Positions 9,299-19,022 of a DNA stretch of 64,000 nucleotides are shown here, one piece after another. This DNA comes from Alphaproteobacteria bacterium (lineage in GTDB: Bacteria > Pseudomonadota > Alphaproteobacteria > Bin95), in NCBI GenBank assembly GCA_964291285.2, contig OZ219787.1, positions 672,001 to 736,000 of the forward strand, read 5' to 3'. Each line of letters starts with the position of its first letter. Position 1 is the stretch's first letter. The notes below the pieces were generated by a model. The model was given only the letters and a program-made list of their open reading frames with translations. It made no database searches and was not told the DNA's origin. A program made the position numbers and the translations under genes.

Positions 9299-11547
9299 TC
9301 GGGGAAAGCCTCCCGCGCCTTGAAGATGCGGCGCTGCTGACCGGCCGGGGCCGCTTCATCGACGATATAGACCTTGCCGGCCAGGCATGGGTGCGTTTCC
9401 TGCGCTCGCCCCACGCCCATGCCGACATCCTCGGCGTGGACGACGGCGAGGCGCTGAAGGCGCCGGGCGCGATCGCCCTGCTGCGCGACGGCCTGGAAAC
9501 CGGGCCGCTCGACAACCGCTCGCCGGTACGACGGCGCGACGGCGCGCCGCTGGCACCGCCGCCCTTCCCCGCGTTCGCGCGGGATCGGGTGCGCTATGCG
9601 GGCGAGATCGTCGCCATGGCGGTGGCGGAGACGGCGGCGGCGGCGCGCGACATGGCGGAAGCCGTCGCCGTGGATTACCGCCCGCTGGACGCGGCCGAAA
9701 CCGAAGAACTGTTCGAGTGGGAGAGGGGCGACGCCGCGGAGGTCGAGGCGCTGTTCACGGGCGCCGCGCACCGGGTCGGCATAAGCCTTGCGAACAACAG
9801 GATCAGCGCGGCGCCGCTGGAAACGCGGGGCGCGCTTGCCGAGTGGGACCCGCGGGACGGGCGCTACACGCTCATTGCGCCGACCCAGGGGCCGGGCCAG
9901 GTGCAGGAGGCGCTGGCGAAGGCGCTCGGCGCGGCGCGCGCCGACGTGCGCGTCATCACGCCCGATGTCGGCGGCGGCTTCGGCATGAAGAACGGCATCT
10001 TCGCCGAGCAGGTCCTGCTCGCCCAGGCAGCCCGGCTGCTCGGGCGGCCGCTGAAATGGATCGACGATCGCACCGAGGCTTTCCTCTCCGACTACCATGC
10101 CCGCGACCACGACACGGTGGCCGAGCTTGCGCTGGATGCCGAAGGGACTTTCCTTGCCATCCGCACCTCGACCCGGTCCGACCTCGGCGCCTATGCCACG
10201 GGCGCCGGGCCGATCATCCCGACCGACGGCGGCTCGCGGATGCTCGCCAATGTGTACCGCATCCCGGCGGTCCATGCCGAAACGGTCTGCCGCCTCAGCC
10301 ACACGACCCCGATCACGGCCTATCGCGGGGCAGGCAAGCCGGAATACGGCTATATCGTCGAGCGCCTTGTGGACGAGGCGGCGCGCCGGTTGGCCATCGA
10401 CCCGGCGGAGCTCCGCCGGCGCAACATGATCCGCCCCGAGGAGATGCCCTGGCGCACGCCGACAGGCCTCGTCTATGACAGCGGCGATTTCGCCGGCAAT
10501 CTCGACGCCGCGCTGGAACTGGCGGACCGCGCGGGCTTTGCCGGGAGGCAGCGCGCAAGCGAGGCCGCCGGGAAGCTGCGCGGCTTCGGCTTCGCCTCCT
10601 ATACGGAACCCGATGGCTACAAGGACGGGCGCGTGACGATGCGCTTCGACGAGGAGGGTCTGCTCACCGTCACGCTCACCGCCGCCAGCAACGGGCAGGG
10701 CTTCGCGACCACCTTCTCGCAGATCGCGGCGGCGCAATTGGGCCTGCCGGTCGATGCCGTTCGGGTGCTGACCGGCGACAGCGACATCGTCGGCCGCGGC
10801 AGCGGGGCGGGCGGCTCGCGCGTCACCACGGTGGCGGGCGCGGCGATGGTGCGGGCGAGCGAGCGCATCGTGGAGAAGGGCCGGCGCATCGCCGCCGCCA
10901 TGCTGGAGGCGAGCGAGGACGATATCGCCTTCGGGCAGGGCGCCTTCGAGGTCGTCGGCACGGACCGGCGGGTCGGGCTCAGGGAAGTGGCGGGGGCCAG
11001 CTTCAACCCGGCGTTCCTCGGTGAGGATATGGATATGGGGCTCGACGCCGCCGGCCATTTCAATGCCCGCACCTACAGCTTCCCGAACGGGACCCATGTC
11101 GCCGAGGTCGAGATCGACCCCGAAACCGGTCGGGTCTCGCTGGAGCGCTACAGCCTGGTCAACGATGCCGGCGTCGTCGTCAATCCGATGCTGCTGGAAG
11201 GCCAGTTGCACGGCGGCATCGCGCAAGGCGTCGGCCAGGCCCTGATGGAGCACATGGTTTACGAGCCGGAAACGGGCCAGCCCCTCTCCGGCTCTTTCAT
11301 GGACTACGCCATGCCGCGCGCAGCCGACATTCCGTCCTTCGCGCTGGAGCGGAGCCGGACGCCCTGCCTGACCAACCCGCTCGGAGTGAAGGGCGTCGGC
11401 GAAAGCGGCACCACGGCCGCCCTGCCGGCGGCGATGAACGCGGTGGCGGATGCGCTCGCCTCGGCCGGGGCCGCCTGCGTCCAGATGCCTGCCACGCCGG
11501 AGCGGGTCTGGCGCGCCCTCAGGGACCGGGCGCAGGAGATGGGATAG
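9295..11547 (+). CDS. Xanthine dehydrogenase-family molybdopterin-binding large subunit (CoxL/CutL-like)
   Basis: LPRLEDAALLTGRGRF, DVGGGFGMK, AYRGAGKPE, GQLHGGIAQG, KGVGESG. Confidence 0.9.
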   Translation: MIGESLPRLEDAALLTGRGRFIDDIDLAGQAWVRFLRSPHAHADILGVDDGEALKAPGAIALLRDGLETGPLDNRSPVRRRDGAPLAPPPFPAFARDRVRYAGEIVAMAVAETAAAARDMAEAVAVDYRPLDAAETEELFEWERGDAAEVEALFTGAAHRVGISLANNRISAAPLETRGALAEWDPRDGRYTLIAPTQGPGQVQEALAKALGAARADVRVITPDVGGGFGMKNGIFAEQVLLAQAARLLGRPLKWIDDRTEAFLSDYHARDHDTVAELALDAEGTFLAIRTSTRSDLGAYATGAGPIIPTDGGSRMLANVYRIPAVHAETVCRLSHTTPITAYRGAGKPEYGYIVERLVDEAARRLAIDPAELRRRNMIRPEEMPWRTPTGLVYDSGDFAGNLDAALELADRAGFAGRQRASEAAGKLRGFGFASYTEPDGYKDGRVTMRFDEEGLLTVTLTAASNGQGFATTFSQIAAAQLGLPVDAVRVLTGDSDIVGRGSGAGGSRVTTVAGAAMVRASERIVEKGRRIAAAMLEASEDDIAFGQGAFEVVGTDRRVGLREVAGASFNPAFLGEDMDMGLDAAGHFNARTYSFPNGTHVAEVEIDPETGRVSLERYSLVNDAGVVVNPMLLEGQLHGGIAQGVGQALMEHMVYEPETGQPLSGSFMDYAMPRAADIPSFALERSRTPCLTNPLGVKGVGESGTTAALPAAMNAVADALASAGAACVQMPATPERVWRALRDRAQEMG

Positions 11548-11800
11548 CGGTCCGGAACGGGCGGCCCCGTGGCCTGGCTCCGACGAAGGCGCTCCGAACA
11601 CCCCTCGCGATGTGTCATGAGATGTCATGAGATGTCATGATCCGCATGCGGGCGGCGCATATCCTGTGGTCCTTTCGGGCATGAGGCCGTTTCGCCGGAG
11701 CTGTGTTCGTCTGCATCCCCAATGTCGTTCCTCCACCGCGTTTCGTTCCGATTCGTTCCGTTCTCCCGCCGACCGGCCTGCCCGAGTGGCGGGACCCTAA

Positions 11801-13814
11801 CCCGACTTCCGCAACTCGGCTTGAGAATCGACTGATTTGACGGTTTTCCGGCGCGAGAAGTGTCGGATTTCGGTGCAGTACCTCTCGGGACCGGCTTGTA
11901 GTGCCGACCTACCCCCTTGATCGGGCTGGCGAAGATCCGGACGCTGCGCTGATGTTCGTGCGCTGCAAGAGACGCTTCAAGGACGGCAAGGAGCACCGCT
12001 ACTGGAGCGTTGTGGAGAACGTCCGGGTCCACGGCGGTCGGGTTGTTCAGCGTCAGGTGCTCTATCTCGGGGAGATCAACGACAGCCAGCGAGCGGCGTG
12101 GTGCCGCTCGATCGAGGTGGTGGAGGGCAAGTCGCGATCACGGCAGATGGCGCTGTTTCCCGAGGACCGGGAGGCGCCGGCGCTGACTTGCGAAGTGGTG
12201 AAGATCGACCTCTCGCAGGTGGCGCTTCACGACCCGCGCCAGTGGGGGGCGTGCTGGCTGGCGCTGTCCTTGTGGGACCGCCTGGACCTGGACCGCTTCT
12301 GGGAAGAGCGGCTGCCGGCGAGCCGGCAAGGCACGCGGTGGCTGGACATCCTGAAGATCCAGGTCTGCTACCGGCTGATCGACCCGGGCAGCGAGTGGCG
12401 CCTTCACCGTCACTGGTATGAGCACAGCGCGCTTCGCGATCTTCTGGGTGGCGAGCGGGCGATCGCCGACGACACACTCTATCGCTGTCTCGACAAGCTG
12501 CTGGCGCACAAGCAGGGCTTCTTCTCGTTTCTGCGCGACCGCTGGGCGACGCTGTTCGAGGCGCGCTTCGACGTGCTGCTCTACGACCTGACCTCGACCT
12601 ACTTCGAGAGCGATCCGCCGTTCGATGACAAGCGCCGCTTCGGCTACAGCCGGGACAAGCGGCCCGACTGCGTGCAGGTGGTGATCGCCCTGATCGTTAC
12701 GCCGCAGGGCTTTCCGCTGGCCTATGAGGTGATGCCGGGCAACACCTCCGACGACACCACGCTGGCGGCGTTCCTCAAGAAGATCGAGGATCAGTATGGC
12801 CGCTCCGAGCGGGTGTGGATCATGGACCGCGGCATCCCCACCGAGGAGACGCTGGCCGCGATGCGCGAGGGCGAGGCGCCGGTGCGCTACCTGGTGGGCA
12901 CGCCCAAGGGCCGGCTGACGCGGCTCGAGAAGGTGTTCCTGGGCCTGCCCTGGCAGGAGGTGCGCCAGTCCGTGACTGTCAAGCTTCTGGTCGAGGATGG
13001 CGAGCTCTACGTCCTGGTGCGCAGCGAGGGGCGGCAGGTGAAGGAACGCGGCATGCGCCGGCGCCGGCTGAAGAGGCTGTGGCGTCGATTGGCCGAGTTG
13101 CAAGGGCAGTCGAACAGCCGGGATCAGTTGTTGCTCAAGCTCGGCGCCGCCAGGAAGGAGGCCGGCCGGGCCTGGAGCCTGGTCGACATCACCGTGCCCG
13201 GGACCGACAGCGAACTCGCCGCCAACGGCTTCTCATTCCGCCTGCAGCGCGACCGGCTGCGCCAGGTCCGCCGCCGCGAGGGCCGTTACCTGCTGCGATC
13301 CAACATGGTCGCCGAAGACCCCGCCACGCTGTGGCATCTGTACATGCAGCTCGTCGAGATCGAGCAGGCGTTCAAGGAACTCAAGCACGACCTCGCGATC
13401 CGCCCCATCTTCCATCAGCGCCAAGAGCGCATCGAGGCGCATATCTTCGTCTCGTTCATCGCCTACTGCCTGCTGGTGACCCTGAAGAACCTCGCCCGGC
13501 CGCGCGCCCCGGGCCTCACCCCACGCGCCATCCTTGAGGCCTTCGCCACCATCCAGATGGTGGACGTCCATCTGCCAACCACCGACGGCCGGCACCTCGT
13601 CCTGCCGCGCCACACCCGGCCGAACAAGGAGCACGAGCTACTGCTGCAACAGCTCGGCATGACCTGGCCGCAGCAACCCGCACCCCGGATCTCCGCCTGA
13701 CGGCACACGGCGCCGCCTCTCCGTTCGCCGCCTTGTAGTGCCGACCCTCGGGGAGACGATCAAGGCTATTCAATGAGTTAGCATCCTCATGACCCCCGAG
13801 TTGCGGAAGTCGGG
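11801..13814 (+). mobile_element. IS1634-family insertion sequence, intact copy (2014 bp)
   Basis: Perfect 19-bp terminal IRs CCCGACTTCCGCAACTCGG / CCGAGTTGCGGAAGTCGGG; 4-bp target duplication CTAA at 11797-11800 and 13815-13818. Confidence 0.93.
11952..13700 (+). CDS. IS1634-family DDE transposase (582 aa)
   Basis: YDLTSTYFE, GYSRDKRPD, IMDRG, IEQAFKELK, RPIFHQ..RIEAH; no SD, TTGATC-N17-GACGCT just upstream suggests a leaderless mRNA. Confidence 0.92.
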   Translation: MFVRCKRRFKDGKEHRYWSVVENVRVHGGRVVQRQVLYLGEINDSQRAAWCRSIEVVEGKSRSRQMALFPEDREAPALTCEVVKIDLSQVALHDPRQWGACWLALSLWDRLDLDRFWEERLPASRQGTRWLDILKIQVCYRLIDPGSEWRLHRHWYEHSALRDLLGGERAIADDTLYRCLDKLLAHKQGFFSFLRDRWATLFEARFDVLLYDLTSTYFESDPPFDDKRRFGYSRDKRPDCVQVVIALIVTPQGFPLAYEVMPGNTSDDTTLAAFLKKIEDQYGRSERVWIMDRGIPTEETLAAMREGEAPVRYLVGTPKGRLTRLEKVFLGLPWQEVRQSVTVKLLVEDGELYVLVRSEGRQVKERGMRRRRLKRLWRRLAELQGQSNSRDQLLLKLGAARKEAGRAWSLVDITVPGTDSELAANGFSFRLQRDRLRQVRRREGRYLLRSNMVAEDPATLWHLYMQLVEIEQAFKELKHDLAIRPIFHQRQERIEAHIFVSFIAYCLLVTLKNLARPRAPGLTPRAILEAFATIQMVDVHLPTTDGRHLVLPRHTRPNKEHELLLQQLGMTWPQQPAPRISA

Positions 13815-14104
13815 CTAATTCGCGCGTAATGTGCGCGCCCGCCCGCGCCTGCCCCCGCGCGCGTCTCGCGGCGGCGCGAATCGCGCGCCTGATTGCGCGC
13901 CCGCGCGCACGGGGCCCAAACGCAGGGCACACCTGTCCTGTCAGTTCCACAGAGGTCTTTGTTTCGCGCCGGCGCGACGCAGGAAATGAAGCAGCCCCGC
14001 GAATGCCGCTCCCCTCCTGCTGCCCTATTCTAACACAATTTATCTCAGATCAAGTATCTAAGGAGAAATATTTCAAAAATAATGAACAGGGAGAGATTAC
14101 GACA

Positions 14105-15814
14105 TTATCGCTCGTCGGCCTGGCGGGGGATCAGTTCCTCGCCGGCGCGGGAGTGGCCGATGATGCGGGTCAGCAACAGCACCGGCAGCACGCCCGCCAG
14201 CACGATGGCGAGCGCCGAGAGCGAGCATTCCTCCAGCAACTCGTCCGAAGCGAACTGATAGACGTTCGTCGCCAGTGTCTCGTAGTTGAAGGGCCGGAGG
14301 ATGAGCGTCATCGGCAGCTCCTTCATCGAATCGACGAAGACCAGCAGCGCCCCGGTCAGCACGCTGCCGCGCACGATGGGCAGATGCACGCGCGAGAGCC
14401 GCGAGAACGGCCCGTGGCCGAGCGTGCGCGCCGCGCTGTCGATATTGGGCGTCACTTTCGAGAGGCCCGCGTCGATGGTGCCATAAGCGAGCGCCAGGAA
14501 ACGCACGGTGAGCGCAGCCGAGACCGCGAACAGCGTTCCGCTGAAAACCAGCCCGGTGGAGGTGCCGAATTCGGCGCGCGCAAAGGCGTCGATGCCGCGG
14601 TCAAGGCCGGCGAGCGGGATCATCACGCCGAGCGCCAGCACCGCGCCCGGCACCGCGTAGCCGAGCGACACGAAGCGCGCCGCGCCCTGGGCGACTGGCG
14701 GCGCGCCGGCCCTGGCGCCATAGGCGAGCACAAGCCCGAACGCAGAAGCCGCCAGCGCGGCGATGCCGGCGAGGGTCAGGCTGTGCTCTGCATAGTTCAG
14801 GAAGTCGGACAATTGGTCCGGCTGCCAGGCCGTAACCGCATACCAGGCGAGCACCGCCGAGGGCAGGAGGAAGCCGAGCAGCACGGGCAGCGCGCAGGCC
14901 AGGAATGCGCCGGTGGCGACCCAGCCGGAAAGGCGGCGCGGCGCCAGCCGCCGGTAGCGCCCGCTCGTGTGGTGGAACCGCCGTTGGCGCCGGGCGGCGC
15001 GCTCCACCCAGATGAGACCGGCAATGACAACCAGAAGCACAAGCGCGAGCTGGGCGGCGCCGGCGGCATTGCCCATGTTCATCCAGATATCGAAAATGCC
15101 GACTGTGAAGGTGCGAAGCGCAAAGAATTCGACTGCGCCCAGATCGTTCAGGGTTTCCATGAGAGCGAGGATGACGCCGATGGCCACCGCCGGGCGGGCG
15201 AGCGGCAGCGCCACGCGCCGGAAGGCCTGCCAAGGCGTGCAGCCGAGCAGGCGGCTCGCTTCCAGCACGCAGATGTTCTGCTCGATGAAGGCCGCCCTGG
15301 AGAGCAGATAGACATAGGGGTAGAGCACCAGCGAGAACAGGGTGACGGCGCCGCCGAGCGAGCGTATCTGCGGGAACCAGTAGTCCTGCGCGCTGGTCCA
15401 GCCGAACGAGGCGCGCAGAAACACCTGCACCGCGCCGGCATATTCCAGCAGGTCGGTATAGACGTAGGCGACGACATAGGCGGGCATGGCGAGCGGCAGC
15501 AGCAGCAGCCATTCGAAGGCCCGGCTTCCCGGAAACCGGCACATGGTGACCAGCCAGGCCGTCGCGACGCCGATAGCCACCGTGCCGATCGCAACGCCGA
15601 GCGCAAGCAGGAAGGAATTCCATATGTAGTCCGGCAGCACCGTCGAGGCGAGGTGCCGCCAGATGTCGAGGGTCGGCGTGACGGCCGTCCAGATGACGGC
15701 GCAGATCGGCGCGGCCGCCAGCGCCGCCACCGACAAGGTTACCCAGGTCCAGCCGTCCGGTGTCGTGGTGCGCCAGGCCCGGCGCCGTGCGCTAGCTGCG
15801 CCGGCGACGGCCAT
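14105..15814 (-). CDS. fbpB: Iron(III) ABC transporter permease (FbpB-like)
   Basis: LLLPLAMPAYVVAY, EASRLLG, METLNDLG, VDSMKELP..LILRPFNYETLA. Confidence 0.88.
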   Translation of the reverse strand: MAVAGAASARRRAWRTTTPDGWTWVTLSVAALAAAPICAVIWTAVTPTLDIWRHLASTVLPDYIWNSFLLALGVAIGTVAIGVATAWLVTMCRFPGSRAFEWLLLLPLAMPAYVVAYVYTDLLEYAGAVQVFLRASFGWTSAQDYWFPQIRSLGGAVTLFSLVLYPYVYLLSRAAFIEQNICVLEASRLLGCTPWQAFRRVALPLARPAVAIGVILALMETLNDLGAVEFFALRTFTVGIFDIWMNMGNAAGAAQLALVLLVVIAGLIWVERAARRQRRFHHTSGRYRRLAPRRLSGWVATGAFLACALPVLLGFLLPSAVLAWYAVTAWQPDQLSDFLNYAEHSLTLAGIAALAASAFGLVLAYGARAGAPPVAQGAARFVSLGYAVPGAVLALGVMIPLAGLDRGIDAFARAEFGTSTGLVFSGTLFAVSAALTVRFLALAYGTIDAGLSKVTPNIDSAARTLGHGPFSRLSRVHLPIVRGSVLTGALLVFVDSMKELPMTLILRPFNYETLATNVYQFASDELLEECSLSALAIVLAGVLPVLLLTRIIGHSRAGEELIPRQADER

Positions 15815-16205
15815 AGAGCTCGAGACGATGGTCCACCAGGTCGAAGCCGAGGCGCTCGGCGATCCGGCTCTTCATCTCTTCGAGTTCGGCGTCGTAAAAC
15901 TCCTTCACCGTCCCGGTTTCCACATCGATCAGGTGGTCGTGATGCTCACCGGCCTCCTCGTAGCGCGCCCGGCCGCCGCCGAAATCGTGCCGGGTCAGCA
16001 CATTGGCGTCCTCGAAGAGCTTAAGCGTGCGATAGACGGTGGCGATGGAGATATGCGGGTCGATCCGGCTCGCGCGCCGATAGACCGTATCGACATCGGG
16101 ATGGTCGGCGCTGTCTGAGAGGACGCGGGCCACCGTGCGGCGCTGGCCCGTCAGGCGAAGGTTTCTTTCGCGGCACAGCCTTTCGATGCCGGTTTCCTCA
16201 GCCAT
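15792..16205 (-). CDS. fur: Fur-family transcriptional regulator
   Basis: LTGQRR, DHPD, SIATVYRTLKLF, HHDHLID, DHRLELYG; start at ATG 16205. Confidence 0.9.
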   Translation of the reverse strand: MAEETGIERLCRERNLRLTGQRRTVARVLSDSADHPDVDTVYRRASRIDPHISIATVYRTLKLFEDANVLTRHDFGGGRARYEEAGEHHDHLIDVETGTVKEFYDAELEEMKSRIAERLGFDLVDHRLELYGRRRRS

Positions 16206-16355
16206 TCCCTGCCGTCCGATATCCGCCTGACAGTGTTGAATACAGGCCGCAACCGGCCGGGTCAATCGGAACGGACCGCACGGCGGGGCGCGGCTTCGTT
16301 GACAACAAGCGTCCTTCCGACGCTTGATCGGGCAAACGGGGCGTTGGAGCGGCTC

Positions 16356-17234
16356 ATGTTCGAGGGATTCCAGAGGTCCAGGATCGACGCCGGAGAGTGC
16401 GGGATCCATGTCGTGCATGGAGGCGAGGGGCCGCCGCTGCTGATGCTGCACGGCTATCCCCAGACCCATGCGGAATGGCACAAGGTGGCGCCCCGCCTGG
16501 CGGAGCGGTTCACGGTCGTCTGCCCGGACTTGCGCGGCTACGGAGACAGCGACAAGCCGCGTTGCGAACCGGGCGACCACACGACCTACTGCAAGCGCAC
16601 CACCGCCGGCGACCAGGTGGCGGTCATGCGGGCGCTCGGCTTCGAGGCCTTCCACCTCGTCGGCCATGACCGGGGCGTGCGCGTCGGGCTCCGGCTCGCG
16701 CTCGACCATCCCGGGCGCGTCCTGAGCTTCACCAACCTCGACGTGGTGCCGTCACTGGAGGCGTTCGAGAACATGGACGCCTCGCTCGCATTTTCGTGGT
16801 TCCACTGGAACCTCATGCGCCAGCCTTCGCCGCTTCCGGAGACCGTGTTCTCGGCCAATCCGAAGCTGTTCCTGGATTTCTTTCTGGCCCAATGGACGGC
16901 GGCGCCGGGTGCTTTCGAGGAAGCGGCCTACGGGGAATATCTGCGCTGCTTTTCCGACCCCGAAACGGTGCGCGCCATGTGCGCCGACTACCGCGCGGTC
17001 GCGCTCGACATGGAGCATGACGCCGCCGACCGGGGCCGGAAGCTTGCCTGCCCGGTGCTGGTGCTCTGGGCCGGCAACATGCCGAAGCGGCCCGGCTGGC
17101 AGACCGGGGCCAAGCTGAACATGCTGGATGTCTGGCGCGCCCGCGCCGACGATGTGCGCGGCCGTGCGCTCGATTGCGGGCATTTCATCCCCGAGGAGGC
17201 GCCCGACGAACTGCTCGCTTTCCTACCGGGCTGA
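16356..17234 (+). CDS. Haloacetate dehalogenase-like alpha/beta hydrolase
   Basis: LHGYPQTH, DLRGYGDS, GHDRG, FHW, CGHFIPEEAP. Confidence 0.85.
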   Translation: MFEGFQRSRIDAGECGIHVVHGGEGPPLLMLHGYPQTHAEWHKVAPRLAERFTVVCPDLRGYGDSDKPRCEPGDHTTYCKRTTAGDQVAVMRALGFEAFHLVGHDRGVRVGLRLALDHPGRVLSFTNLDVVPSLEAFENMDASLAFSWFHWNLMRQPSPLPETVFSANPKLFLDFFLAQWTAAPGAFEEAAYGEYLRCFSDPETVRAMCADYRAVALDMEHDAADRGRKLACPVLVLWAGNMPKRPGWQTGAKLNMLDVWRARADDVRGRALDCGHFIPEEAPDELLAFLPG

Positions 17235-17238
17235 GCGC

Positions 17239-17445
17239 CTATTCTAGGCCGATGGCGCCGCAGACGAGGGGGAAATGCTCCATCTGCCCGGTGCTCATGA
17301 GGTAGTAGAGATACCAGAGCCCGCCGACGGCGCCGGCCGTTGCCAGCCCCAGCAATGCGGCGCCGCGCAGGAACGACCGCAGGAGGTCGCCCCAGACCTC
17401 CGCTTCCTCCGCCTCGGGGGGCGAATATTCACGGTCCCGGCTAAT
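17239..17445 (-). CDS. Possible small membrane protein (start codon unclear)
   Basis: Hydrophobic segment FLRGAALLGLATAGAVGGLWYLYYL directly downstream of secB; no clear ATG outside secB. Confidence 0.35.
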   Translation of the reverse strand: MSRDREYSPPEAEEAEVWGDLLRSFLRGAALLGLATAGAVGGLWYLYYLMSTGQMEHFPLVCGAIGLE

Positions 17446-17953
17446 CGCCGCCTCCCTCCTCCTGCGCCGGCTGCCCGCCCGCCTCCTGCCGGCGCTCGTC
17501 CGTCTGCGCGGCCGCGGCGCGCTCGAACAGCACATCGAAGTCGATGGGGTCGATCAGGAAGGGCGGGAAGCCCCCGTCCCGCACTGCATTGGCGATGATG
17601 CCGCGGGCAAAGGGGAACAGCAGCTTCGGCACCTCGGACCCGACCACCCTGGTCCTCACTTCGTCCGGCAGGGGCGGCACGGCGGCAACCGCGCCATAGG
17701 ACAGCTCGACCAGGAAGAGGACCATCTCGCCGCGCTTGGCCCGCGCCGTGACATGCAACACCACCTCGAAGTGGTTGTCCTGCAGCGGGCGCGCCTCGAC
17801 ATTGAGATCGATGCCGATCTCGGGCCGCGTTTCCAACTCGTTGAAGCTCATCGGCGCGTTCGGGCTCTCGAAGGAGAGGTCCTTCAGATATTGCGCGCCG
17901 ATGGTCACTTGCGGCTTCGTGTCGGCCGCTCCGTTCGCGCCGTTCCCGTTCAT
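17441..17953 (-). CDS. secB: Protein-export chaperone SecB
   Basis: QYLKDLSFESPNAP, LLFPFAR, DGGFPP..DPIDF. Confidence 0.93.
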   Translation of the reverse strand: MNGNGANGAADTKPQVTIGAQYLKDLSFESPNAPMSFNELETRPEIGIDLNVEARPLQDNHFEVVLHVTARAKRGEMVLFLVELSYGAVAAVPPLPDEVRTRVVGSEVPKLLFPFARGIIANAVRDGGFPPFLIDPIDFDVLFERAAAAQTDERRQEAGGQPAQEEGGGD

Positions 17954-17963
17954 GGCCGCCCGT

Positions 17964-18515
17964 CTAGCACGGGGCGGCAAAGGGAGGAAGCGGGCCGGAG
18001 GGGTCGTGCTCGCGGATGGCGCCGTTCTCGACGGTCTCGCCGGTCAGCGCGCGGATGACGCCCCAATGGGTCACGGCGCAGATGCCATCGCGGTCCGGGC
18101 GCCCGGCCACGGCGGTACGGAAGGCGCGGGCGCGGGCCAGTACCCGTTCATGCGTTTCCCCGAGTTCGCACCACCACTGCTCGTCGAGGGCGGAGAAATC
18201 GAGGTCCTGCCACGCTCCGGCCAGCATGCCCGCGCGGGTCCCGACATCGCAGGAAAAGCCCGCCCGCTCGCGTAGCAACGGCTCCACCAAAATTGGGACA
18301 TCAAGGCGCCGGGCCACCGCCACCGCCGTTTCCAGCGTGCGCCGGTAGGGGCTCGCGAAGAGCAGCGAGATGCCGTGCCCGGCAAGCGCGGCCCCGGCCG
18401 CCTCGGCCTGCCGGCGGCCCTCCTCCGTCAGCCCCGGATCGGGGAGGCCCGGATCGATGCGCGTCTGGCCGTAGTGCAGGTTCCAAAGCGTCTGGCCGTG
18501 GCGCAGCAGGATCAT
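17964..18515 (-). CDS. Histidine phosphatase family protein
   Basis: LLRHGQT, SPYRRTLET, LRER, VTHWG; ATG 18515 overlaps fxsA stop. Confidence 0.88.
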   Translation of the reverse strand: MILLRHGQTLWNLHYGQTRIDPGLPDPGLTEEGRRQAEAAGAALAGHGISLLFASPYRRTLETAVAVARRLDVPILVEPLLRERAGFSCDVGTRAGMLAGAWQDLDFSALDEQWWCELGETHERVLARARAFRTAVAGRPDRDGICAVTHWGVIRALTGETVENGAIREHDPSGPLPPFAAPC

Positions 18516-18943
18516 CTGGGCTCTCCCGGCGTGTCGTCGCGATATTCGCCTTCGATAATTCCGGCCCCGCCCTGCCGGACGCGGAACCCCTCGCCCCAGC
18601 GCCGCCACGCCCATCCCGCCGCGAGGTCCCGGAAGGGCGGCAGCAGCAGCAGGAACCCGGCGGCGTCGGTGAAGAAGCCCGGCGTCAGCAGCAGGGCGCC
18701 CGCCACGATGAGGCAGACGCCGTCGAACATTTCCCGCAACGGCGCGCCGCCTCCGGCGATCGTCCGCCGGGCGCGCATCAGCACACCAACCCCCTGCGCG
18801 CGGATCAGCCAGGTCCCGACGACGGCCGTCAGCACGATGACGGCAAGCGTCGGCCACAACCCGATCCAGCCGCCGACCTCGATGAAAACGGCGATCTCGA
18901 CCAGGGGAACCCCGATCAGCGCCAAAAGGATTGCGAAGGCCAT
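18512..18943 (-). CDS. fxsA: FxsA family membrane protein
   Basis: PLVEIAVFI, GALLLTPGFFTD, IIEGEY. Confidence 0.88.
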   Translation of the reverse strand: MAFAILLALIGVPLVEIAVFIEVGGWIGLWPTLAVIVLTAVVGTWLIRAQGVGVLMRARRTIAGGGAPLREMFDGVCLIVAGALLLTPGFFTDAAGFLLLLPPFRDLAAGWAWRRWGEGFRVRQGGAGIIEGEYRDDTPGEPR

Positions 18944-19022
18944 ACTTGCCCTTTCCTAGACTTGGGCTTATCTCTGGTCAATCGAGTGAAGGGATCGGCT
19001 GCAAAGGCCGGTAGTGAGCGCC

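Larger units (their letters stand above)
11605..14088 (-). repeat. Dispersed promoter-bearing element, copy A (~470 bp once the IS is removed)
   Basis: Collinear blocks shared with 36883-37743: TGTCATG array, GTTCC-rich block, GGCGGGACCCT..TTCGCGCGTA, identical TCGCGCGCCTGATTGCGCGC, AT-rich promoter end. Confidence 0.75.

Noticed and set aside
11724-11763. GTTC repeats as a possible alphaproteobacterial LexA box (also 37383-37421)
   Set aside because: Spacing does not fit GTTC-N7-GTTC
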